The notes below the pieces were generated by a model that worked only from the letters and a program-made list of their open reading frames with translations, had not been told where the DNA came from and did not search any database. Both the position numbers and the translations under genes were made by a program. Shown here piece after piece: positions 1 to 6,518 of a stretch of DNA of 22,115 nucleotides (position 1 is its first letter; each line of letters begins with the position of its first letter). Source of the stretch: Bdellovibrio sp. (GTDB taxonomy: Bacteria; Bdellovibrionota; Bdellovibrionia; Bdellovibrionales; Bdellovibrionaceae); NCBI GenBank assembly GCA_046318155.1, contig JBKCUU010000026.1, positions 1-22,115 on the forward strand, in the 5' to 3' direction.

Positions 1-80
1 CTTCTTCGACGTTGTACTGAGGTAATGACCTCTATCCGCTGACGGCCTCGGGGAAGTTCATAAGAACTATCATTATTCAT
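1..80 (-). CDS. IS3-family transposase OrfA, N-terminal part (partial, not in ORF track)
   Basis: ATG at 80 gives MNNDSSYELPRGRQRIEVITSVQRRR..., typical of the start of an HTH_Tnp_1-type OrfA; RBS about 8 nt upstream. Confidence 0.8.
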   Translation of the reverse strand, partial: MNNDSSYELPRGRQRIEVITSVQRRR

Positions 81-140
81 AGTCGTACTCCTATTCGTAG
101 GAGCAGACTGTCATGTCCGGTTCAAATGGGGTGCACTACA
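1..140 (-). mobile_element. Left end of an IS3-family (IS2-like) insertion sequence, continuing beyond the window start
   Basis: Minus strand from 140 reads TGTAGTGCACCCCATTTGAACCGGACA, an IS3-type terminal repeat (TG...CCCC...GGACA). It is followed by a GGAG RBS and an ORF encoding the IS2-like OrfA motif EVITSVQRRR. Confidence 0.8.
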
Positions 141-426
141 CTGAGTTCGTAGCCGTGACGGTTACGGCTGCAGAGGGTCTTTCGACAACCGCCAGGGATT
201 TGAATTGAGACTTTTTTACTTCCGCTCGCCACTGATAAATCGTTTCAACCGAAAGTCCGCTTAAATCCGCAGCTTTCTTGCACGAGCCGACAACATCAGT
301 CAGCAAGAGGGCTCTATCGCGAATTGATTTTGGCCAGACCTTGTAACCTCCGGAACCGACCTCGGCGATATATTGAGCATAGATTTGTTTGATCTCCGAA
401 ACTAATTCCGGTGCTGAATTTTTCAT
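136..426 (-). pseudogene. IS66 TnpA-like HTH protein, truncated at the 3' end by the IS3 insertion
   Basis: WPKSIRDRAL...AADLSGLSVETIYQWR HTH followed by F..L.V; the TAG stop (138-136) lies inside the IS3 terminal repeat. Confidence 0.6.
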
Positions 427-485
427 GCCGCGGAGTTTCGCTTATCTGAATTGATATCGCTAGACGCGTTTTAGGAAGTGTTTAC
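141..485 (-). mobile_element. Left end of a putative IS66-family element, interrupted by the IS3 element
   Basis: Minus strand from 485 begins GTAAACACTTCC (IS66 ends start GTAA), followed about 60 nt later by an HTH TnpA-like ORF. Confidence 0.55.
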
Positions 486-865
486 GCTCCTTCGATCGAA
501 TTTTCAAACACAATTTGATTGGTCCCGTTCTCATACAAGGCCACATAGAGCTTGCAGTTGATCGACCCGCCCGTTTGCACACAATCTCCCAGTTGCGAGA
601 TTAAGCTGTACTCACTCTTGTCTTTATTGCCGTCCGCGCACTGGTTGAATTTCTTGGCCTTGTAGCCGCGAGAGCTAAGCCCGCTGGCAGGTGTTTCAAG
701 GTCGCCTGCAAATTCTGCTGGCAAGCCGTTCTCGTCACAAACGGATTTACCGGCGGACCGAGGGGTATAGGTTTTAAAAATACCTAGCGAGCAGTCTTTG
801 GCAAATGTCGACAAGGGAGCAAGAATGACTAGAGAAGCTGTACAAACATTAAGCAGTGTTTTCAT
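482..865 (-). CDS. Secreted Cys-containing hypothetical protein, possibly truncated by the IS66 end
   Basis: Signal peptide MKTLLNV...STFA from ATG 865 (track starts at 883); several Cys; the TAA stop is part of the GTAA IS66-like terminus. Confidence 0.65.
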   Translation of the reverse strand: MKTLLNVCTASLVILAPLSTFAKDCSLGIFKTYTPRSAGKSVCDENGLPAEFAGDLETPASGLSSRGYKAKKFNQCADGNKDKSEYSLISQLGDCVQTGGSINCKLYVALYENGTNQIVFENSIEGA

Positions 866-925
866 GAGAAGCACTCTTGGCATATCGCGTTAAGCGAGCA
901 AAGAGTTTTTTCCCGAGTTACGGCA

Positions 926-1540
926 CTAATCCAGATCGACTTTTACTTCGAGCCAGATTTCATTTCGGCGAAGAAACCAAAGCTGAAAAGGCGAATTGAA
1001 TCTGGCCAGGATGGGCTCCCCAGTAGACGCCAGCCCATCACTTTTCAGCTCGCTTCTAAAGCTCTCGAGCTTCTCCTTGTAGCGCGACTCTGACCATGAG
1101 CCAGAATAACGATATGCCGCGATTTTGCGAGCCGGAAGCTGGCGCAATTGGACCCGAGAATCATTTGGAACCGGCAGGGTTTCAAGCGTGTATTTCTTGG
1201 GCATCGTGAATTGAACAAGAAAACCAGAGCTGTTTTTAGATTGTGTCACAGGGGCCGTCATTTCAATTTTCTCGGAAGCGACTTCTTGAGCGACCGGAGC
1301 GGTCATCGCGATTTTAGTTTTTGATTTGTTGGCGCCAAAGATGTACCCGGCCAGGATACGAAAGGCCTGATTTCCCGCATTTTCGAAATCGGAGTCGACT
1401 CGTGTTTCGGCCACGACCACCGGAGCATAGCTTCTGATTTCATAGTTGCGGGCCCTTGATTCGACAGTGTAGTCCGCTTCTTCAATCGCCATCGTAACCC
1501 CTGAGAATAAAACTATAAAAGCTGCTATCATTGCGAACAC
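926..1540 (-). CDS. SOUL-family heme-binding protein
   Basis: YEIRSY, AFRILAGYIFGAN, KIAMTAPV, FTMP, LPVPND, RRNEIW are SOUL motifs; N-terminal hydrophobic leader (start may be ATG 1531). Confidence 0.92.
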   Translation of the reverse strand: MFAMIAAFIVLFSGVTMAIEEADYTVESRARNYEIRSYAPVVVAETRVDSDFENAGNQAFRILAGYIFGANKSKTKIAMTAPVAQEVASEKIEMTAPVTQSKNSSGFLVQFTMPKKYTLETLPVPNDSRVQLRQLPARKIAAYRYSGSWSESRYKEKLESFRSELKSDGLASTGEPILARFNSPFQLWFLRRNEIWLEVKVDLD

Positions 1541-1741
1541 ACTACAGCAAAGTTAAGACCATTTGCAGCTTCTATCTCAGTTTCTATCTCAGTGATTGGG
1601 AGTGGGAGTTGACACGTCAACGAACAAAAATGCAGCCGAGTGGAGCCGAACCATGTAAAGCCTACATATTGACGCAATGCGGCCTGTTGGTTAGAAACAG
1701 GCCTCGAGAGTTAAAAACCAAACCTGACCTAGGAGTAATTC

Positions 1742-2125
1742 ATGAAACCGTTTCTTTTGTTGGCTCTTATGAGCCTGACCACCACAAGTGCCTTTGCCTC
1801 TGCTGACTTTTTTGAATGCGGTGGCTTTGCTGGAGTCGATGAATATCGTTCGGCCATTGATCTGAAAACGAACAAGGCCGATTTTTTTGACAATGATGCG
1901 ACGTCAATTTTGACTTTGAAATCGGTCAAATCGTTAGAGTCATCACCTCCTCAAACCCTCATGATTTTTGAAGGTCAGGATGCTGGCTATAGTGGGACGT
2001 TAAGACTTTCTTTTAACTTAACAAAAAAGAAAGCAACCATGGCTTCAATTGATAGCAATGGCAAAGTCAGCGAAATTGGAAAAGCGAACTGTGTTGTTGC
2101 TCCCCGCCGAGATCTTGAAGAGTAA
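1742..2125 (+). CDS. Secreted hypothetical protein
   Basis: AGGAG RBS; signal peptide ending SAFA; one Cys near each end of the mature chain; followed by a terminator. Confidence 0.8.
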   Translation: MKPFLLLALMSLTTTSAFASADFFECGGFAGVDEYRSAIDLKTNKADFFDNDATSILTLKSVKSLESSPPQTLMIFEGQDAGYSGTLRLSFNLTKKKATMASIDSNGKVSEIGKANCVVAPRRDLEE

Positions 2126-2146
2126 GATTTTTTTAGGTGCTAAATC

Positions 2147-2182
2147 AGCGGGAAGTCATTCTGGGCTTCCCGCTTTTTATTT
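2147..2182 (+). terminator. Rho-independent terminator
   Basis: AGCGGGAAG...CTTCCCGCT stem followed by TTTTATTT. Confidence 0.85.
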
Positions 2183-2201
2183 GTCGGCCTGATTCTTGCC
2201 A

Positions 2202-2370
2202 CTACAAATTGAATCGCGTTCCGACAAACAGGCTCGATTCAAGCGTATTAAATGAGTTGCTCACTTTTTCGATTTGATAGCCAACAGAATCATTCACAAC
2301 GCTCAACCCGAAGATAAATCTCTCGCCATTATAGCCAAGTCCTATTTTTATATGATTGCCATATCCAAAT
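2202..2370 (-). pseudogene. Orphan 3' fragment of an outer-membrane beta-barrel gene (DUF4421-like), not in ORF track
   Basis: A start-less frame reads GYGNHIKIGLGYNGERFIFGLSVVNDSVGYQIEKVSNSFNTLESSLFVGTRFNL*, with alternating beta-strand pattern and a terminal G.RF signature. Confidence 0.55.
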
Positions 2371-2614
2371 CGTTAATATTTTTCGTTTCAATGTATTTTT
2401 CCGGGACATAGAAGAAAGCATAACCGAAAGAAAATTCTCTGGTTCGATCTTCGATGATCTTGAAGTTATGTTTATTGCGATCTTTGCTTAAATAGGCTTC
2501 AGCTATCTTTGTAGCCGTTTTTTTATCAAGTTTTTCCATCTGATCACCTCGTGCGGAAAACCCTAAACCAATCCCAAGCATTGTCAGAATCGAAAGATGA
2601 ATAACAAACTTCAT
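2348..2614 (-). pseudogene. YrhB/Imm35-like protein with signal peptide, C-terminally truncated
   Basis: A..IAEAYL...IIEDRTREFSFGYAFFY...YIET resembles YrhB-like immunity proteins; the sequence stops before the usual G..P..V.K..G tail. Confidence 0.55.
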
Positions 2615-2736
2615 GTCTTAATTTTTCTCTAGTGACAATTGATTGTCCAGAAATCAAATCTTTCGCGCTATAGCTGGTCAGATTCCTTCGCAGAACCCTA
2701 AGCTTTTAGCTCACGACACCCAATGATTTAAATATC

Positions 2737-2765
2737 TTGACAAATTGAGCGATATACCGCACACT
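2737..2765 (+). promoter_or_regulatory. Sigma70-type promoter with palindromic operator for TA module 1
   Basis: TTGACA(2737)-N17-CACACT; imperfect palindrome GCGATATACCGC at 2749-2760. Confidence 0.55.
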
Positions 2766-2766
2766 T

Positions 2767-3087
2767 ATGTTCATGAGCACGTTGCTTCAGGTTCTTAAAA
2801 CAGCTGAGTTTGATAATTGGCTGTCGGTTCAGCCGCCCAAATCAAGAACCATCATCCTTGCTCGGCTCGATATGATTGCCCTCGGCCACTTTGGCAATCA
2901 TAAACGGTTTGAAGGGCTCATTGAACTTAAGTGGCTTAATGGAACTCGAGTTTATACTTTTATGTGGGGCAATGCTGTAGTGGTTGTCCTTTACGGAGGA
3001 AATAAAAATGGCCAAAGCCGCGACATCAAAAAAGCAAAAAAAATCAGGGACGAAGTCCTTGAAGGCACACGTACCCTTCACAAGTAA
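2767..3087 (+). CDS. RelE/ParE-family toxin (HI1419-like addiction-module killer)
   Basis: TAEFDNWL, ILARLD..ALGHFG, GLIELK, G.RVY, LYGGNK..QSRDIKKAK; start may be ATG 2773. Confidence 0.88.
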   Translation: MFMSTLLQVLKTAEFDNWLSVQPPKSRTIILARLDMIALGHFGNHKRFEGLIELKWLNGTRVYTFMWGNAVVVVLYGGNKNGQSRDIKKAKKIRDEVLEGTRTLHK

Positions 3088-3322
3088 AGAGCTCAAAGAC
3101 TCTCACTTGGTGGCTGACACCTTACTTGAGTGCATCAAGACAGGTGATATTGAAGCTTTTCGTGAGGTGCTGACAGCTCATCTCATGACTGTGAATAAAT
3201 CAGCCTTTGCCAAGAAATTTGGAATTGGCCGTCGTACTTTATACGACTTGATGGACCCCGCAAAAGTCTTCAATCCAGAGCTTTCAACAATCTCTGCTGT
3301 TATTAAATCACTTGCCGCTTAA
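3008..3322 (+). CDS. HTH antitoxin (HI1420-like addiction-module antidote)
   Basis: Overlaps the toxin 3' end; GD..AFRE.L, K..FAKKFGIGRRTLY, NPELSTISAVIKSL; ATG 3008 preferred over the track start. Confidence 0.85.
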   Translation: MAKAATSKKQKKSGTKSLKAHVPFTSKELKDSHLVADTLLECIKTGDIEAFREVLTAHLMTVNKSAFAKKFGIGRRTLYDLMDPAKVFNPELSTISAVIKSLAA

Positions 3323-3357
3323 TTGATGGGCTCCAAATCAAAATTAACCACCGCTCG

Positions 3358-3451
3358 GAGTTCGCCTACTATCAAACCCTCTCCGCCAAATTTTGAAAAT
3401 CCAATAAAATCAAGCATTTAAAAGTCATCGTCTTTGACAGTAGGCGAACTC
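3358..3451. repeat. Inverted-repeat site 1 (19-bp arms, tRNA-Ser-like core, IHF consensus)
   Basis: Arms GAGTTCGCCTACTATCAAA (3358-3376) and TTTGACAGTAGGCGAACTC (3433-3451), 1 mismatch; the spacer holds CTCTCCGCCA and AATCAAGCATTTA. Confidence 0.85.
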
Positions 3452-3475
3452 TTATTATGGTGGTTTTAATTTTTC

Positions 3476-3503
3476 TTGAATTTATATCGAACCTTGATAC
3501 ACT
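3476..3503 (+). promoter_or_regulatory. higBA1 promoter and operator
   Basis: TTGAAT-N16-TACACT with extended -10 TG; imperfect palindrome TATCGAACCTTGATA overlaps the spacer. Confidence 0.55.
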
Positions 3504-3510
3504 GATATTC

Positions 3511-3801
3511 GTGATAAAGTCATTCGGAAATGAAACAGCTCGGGACATTTTTAACGGTGACAGTACCAAAGAGGCCAGGAAGTTGCCTAGAAATCTTTGG
3601 TCGATCGCTGTTCGAAAACTTGATCAACTGAATGCGGCTTTTCAATTAAGTGATTTGAAAATTCCTCCAGGTAATCGGCTTGAGATTTTAAAGGGCGATT
3701 TGGCTGGACTTCACAGTATCAGAATAAACAATCAGTACCGCATTGTTTTTAAGTGGACTGAAGATGGCCCCGAGAGAGTTAAGATCATCGATTATCATTA
3801 G
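3511..3801 (+). CDS. higB: HigB-family toxin (plasmid maintenance system killer)
   Basis: IKSFG, RKLDQL, DLKIPPGNRLEILKGDLAGLHSIRINNQYRIVFKW, IIDYH; GTG 3511 is the likely start. Confidence 0.92.
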   Translation: MIKSFGNETARDIFNGDSTKEARKLPRNLWSIAVRKLDQLNAAFQLSDLKIPPGNRLEILKGDLAGLHSIRINNQYRIVFKWTEDGPERVKIIDYH

Positions 3802-3821
3802 GCGCAGAAAGGAAATAAAAA

Positions 3822-4115
3822 ATGCTACCAAAACACAGGCAACCAACTCATCCCGGAGAAATTCTTCTCAACGATTTTCTTGCGCCTATGGGCCGCACGC
3901 AGCAGGATTTTGCGACCCACTTGGGATGGACCTATGCCAGAGTTAACGAGATTATTAATGGAAAGCGTGGGGTATCTGAGGAGGCGGCTCTTTGCTTCGC
4001 AGACGCTTTTGGTACCTCGCCACAATTTTGGCTAAATTTACAGGCCAACTATGATTTATGGGCGGCACAACAAGCTCATAAAAAAGTAAAACCCCTTAAG
4101 TCAGTAGCCTCATAG
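3822..4115 (+). CDS. higA: HigA-family antitoxin
   Basis: PTHPGEILL.DFL, RVNEIINGKRGVS, FGTSPQFWLNLQANYDL. Confidence 0.93.
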   Translation: MLPKHRQPTHPGEILLNDFLAPMGRTQQDFATHLGWTYARVNEIINGKRGVSEEAALCFADAFGTSPQFWLNLQANYDLWAAQQAHKKVKPLKSVAS

Positions 4116-4140
4116 AATTTAAAAAGCGTGGACGGTCGAT

Positions 4141-4818
4141 ATGGCAAAAAAGAAGATCAAAAACAAAACTACGACAGTCCGAGAACACCCCATGCAAGTT
4201 CCCGTCAGCGAAAAAAATCCGACAGGAGTAACTATCCGCGATCAACATCTTCGTCGATTGCCTGGAACATATTTAAAGCGCGGAGATATTGACGATGTTT
4301 TTAAAAATCACAACCGAAAAGGCATTTCATATCCTACATTGGGTAAGATTCCCGAACATAAAACAGCAGATGACTATGATGCACTGATCGCTGTTTGGAC
4401 AGATTATTTCAATGCTAAATTGAAAACAGATCCACCACTTGACCCAGATGTCTTTAAAGCTCTTTTGGCAAGTGAATCTGGATTTCGTCTCCATACACCC
4501 AAAAATAAAACCGCTTTCGGAATTGCTCAAATTACGAAACAAACATGGGAAGTTTTGCAAAATCCAAAGGGTGAGGCCAAGGAATTTATTTTCAACGATA
4601 TTCGACAAAAAGATCTAAGAGATCCCAACATAGCGATTCCCATGGGTCTGCGATGGCTAATGTATAAATCAAAAAGAGCTGGGGCAAAGTTAGGGCGAAC
4701 ACCAAATCATGAAGACATCATACTCGAATACAAAGGCCTTCTGAAAAGTAAAACTGCATACAAAGATAACGCACTCAAAAATTATAGGTATTATTATGGA
4801 CTACTTAAAAAGAAGTAA
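4141..4818 (+). CDS. Lytic transglycosylase (SLT)/lysozyme-fold protein without signal peptide
   Basis: KALLASESGF (catalytic Glu motif I), AFGIAQIT (GLMQ-like motif II), DP..AI..G.RWL, EYKG (AYN-like position); basic N-terminal extension. Confidence 0.75.
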   Translation: MAKKKIKNKTTTVREHPMQVPVSEKNPTGVTIRDQHLRRLPGTYLKRGDIDDVFKNHNRKGISYPTLGKIPEHKTADDYDALIAVWTDYFNAKLKTDPPLDPDVFKALLASESGFRLHTPKNKTAFGIAQITKQTWEVLQNPKGEAKEFIFNDIRQKDLRDPNIAIPMGLRWLMYKSKRAGAKLGRTPNHEDIILEYKGLLKSKTAYKDNALKNYRYYYGLLKKK

Positions 4819-5314
4819 AGAGACACTATTTATTCTCATCTATCTATTGGCCATAGGCTGCTCGACATCCTCGTTTAAGATTTTACATAATAAAAATTCG
4901 GCCGTGGAGTTTTTGGTCACTCCAGACCGTGTTATCCTTGAGTGTGAAAGAGTAGAAACAGATGACCGCGGCGTAGTTGCGGGCTTTATGATGCATATTA
5001 TAGATGAAAAGAAGACCAGTTTTACCTTGGTGCAAACAAATACTCTTGATCGGGAAAGCTGTGAATATCGATCTACGAAAATTAAAAAAATCTTGAAGAG
5101 TGGTAAAGAAATCCATTTAGCTGGCATTGGCGATTTTCAGGAACCTAGGGAGACAGGATTGCGTAAATACACTTTTCCTAATTTTGGCGCGATTGAACAC
5201 AATGGACGCTCACTTCAATTTATCGCCATTTGGAATGAACACAATCTATGCTTTGGGGCCTTCTCAGCAGAAGAGCAACCGTGTCCGCCAGAGCCTTTTC
5301 CCCTTAAAAATTGA
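4796..5314 (+). CDS. Lipoprotein of unknown function
   Basis: Lipobox LAIG-C after a hydrophobic stretch; four further Cys; overlaps the SLT gene end by 23 nt; paralog at 6496. Confidence 0.82.
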   Translation: MDYLKRSKETLFILIYLLAIGCSTSSFKILHNKNSAVEFLVTPDRVILECERVETDDRGVVAGFMMHIIDEKKTSFTLVQTNTLDRESCEYRSTKIKKILKSGKEIHLAGIGDFQEPRETGLRKYTFPNFGAIEHNGRSLQFIAIWNEHNLCFGAFSAEEQPCPPEPFPLKN

Positions 5315-5350
5315 GTGAACCTACGTAAGATCAAATACAACCAAGCTGCG

Positions 5351-5442
5351 GAGTTCGCCTACTATCAAGCGTTCTTCGACAATATAATTCTTAAGTAAAA
5401 TCGAATAGTTAAAAATTTCTAGCTTTGACAGGAGTCGAACTC
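5351..5442. repeat. Inverted-repeat site 2 (paralog of site 1)
   Basis: Left arm CGGAGTTCGCCTACTATCAA is identical to site 1 (5349-5368 vs 3356-3375); right arm TTTGACAGGAGTCGAACTC (5424-5442); spacer holds AATCGAATAGTTA. Confidence 0.85.
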
Positions 5443-5478
5443 CAGAAAAGACACGCGTGTTTTTCTTTGCTATTTATT

Positions 5479-5497
5479 ACACTATTCGGCATAGTGT
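5479..5497. promoter_or_regulatory. Putative HigA2 operator
   Basis: Perfect palindrome ACACTAT-N5-ATAGTGT just upstream of higB2. Confidence 0.6.
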
Positions 5498-5515
5498 GTA
5501 TATTGGGGGGGCGAC

Positions 5516-5806
5516 ATGATCCGAAGCTTTGGCAATAGGAGCGCTCAAGACATTTGGGAAACAAATAGTTCAAAGTCGTTGCCAAGAGAATTATGGATCA
5601 GAGCTAAGGCCCTTTTAACCATCATGCACGGAACAACAGAACTGAGTGATTTAAAATTAAAAGGGCAACCGCCGAACATTCGGCTTCACAAGCTTAAGGG
5701 TGATAGAAAAGAAGAATGGAGCGTTACCATTAAACTTCCTTGGTGTATCACCTTTAAATTTAAAGGCGGTGAATTTACTGAGGTAAAAATTGAAAATTAT
5801 CATTGA
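5516..5806 (+). CDS. higB: HigB-family toxin
   Basis: MIRSFG, RLHKLKGDRKEEWSVTI, WCITFKF, IENYH. Confidence 0.9.
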   Translation: MIRSFGNRSAQDIWETNSSKSLPRELWIRAKALLTIMHGTTELSDLKLKGQPPNIRLHKLKGDRKEEWSVTIKLPWCITFKFKGGEFTEVKIENYH

Positions 5807-5815
5807 GAGGTACTT

Positions 5816-6076
5816 ATGATTAAAAATCCAAAACCAATGCACCCCGGAGTTGTTCTAAATGAAGTCTATATGCAAGAGATGGGACTAAATCAGTCTCAGC
5901 TGGCGGAAAAATGTGGTTGCTCCCCAAGGAAAATTAATGAAATTGTTAATGGTAAGCGTGCAATTTCCCCTGATTTTGCTCTCGTACTTGAAAAGGTTCT
6001 TGGGACAACTGCTGAAATGTGGGTTCGAATTCAGGCTGAATACGACCTTTGGATCGCTCGAAAACGAGTAGCGTAG
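5816..6076 (+). CDS. higA: HigA-family antitoxin
   Basis: PMHPGVVL, INEIVNGKRAISPDFA, GTTAEMWVRIQAEYDL. Confidence 0.92.
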   Translation: MIKNPKPMHPGVVLNEVYMQEMGLNQSQLAEKCGCSPRKINEIVNGKRAISPDFALVLEKVLGTTAEMWVRIQAEYDLWIARKRVA

Positions 6077-6518
6077 TGGCAAAGAAAAAAATAAAAAAGA
6101 ATACCACAACCGTTCGGGATCATTCACTACGCGTGCCTATGAGTAAAAAAAATCCCACAGGTATAACAATACGGGATCAACATTTCGTCACCACACCCCA
6201 GAAAACAAAACTGCTTTCGGAATTGCTCAAATCACCAAGGAGACATTGACTATTCTACAAAATCCTAAAGGCGAGGCCACGGAGTTTATTTTCAACGAAA
6301 TCCGACAGAAGGATTTGAAAGATCCCACCATTGCCATTCCGATGGGCGCTAGATGGCTTATGTATAAATCCAAACGTGCGGCTGCAAAGTTGGGGAAACA
6401 ACCATCCCATGAAGAGATTATTTTAGAGTATAAAGGCTTATTGAAAAGTAAAACCGAATACAAAGACAAAGCTCTAACGAGTTACAGGAACTACTATGGA
6501 CTGCTTAAAGATAACTAA
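6076..6518 (+). pseudogene. SLT-like paralog with internal deletion and frameshift
   Basis: GTG start overlaps the higA2 stop (TAGTG). The N-terminus matches 4141, then at about 6183 jumps to FRHHTPENKTAFGIAQIT in another frame; about 235 nt including the SES motif are missing. Confidence 0.88.

Noticed and set aside
3457..3510. Hydrophobic N-terminal extension on HigB1
   Set aside because: Covers the promoter and operator; HigB homologs begin at MIKSF.
3356..5443. CRISPR array or integron attC interpretation of the repeated sites
   Set aside because: Only two copies 2 kb apart and no cas genes; the arms lack the RYYYAAC/GTTRRRY attC ends.
6049..6518. Programmed frameshift joining ORFs 6049..6249 and 6246..6518
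   Set aside because: Comparison with the intact paralog shows a deletion of the catalytic region, not a slippery-site fusion.
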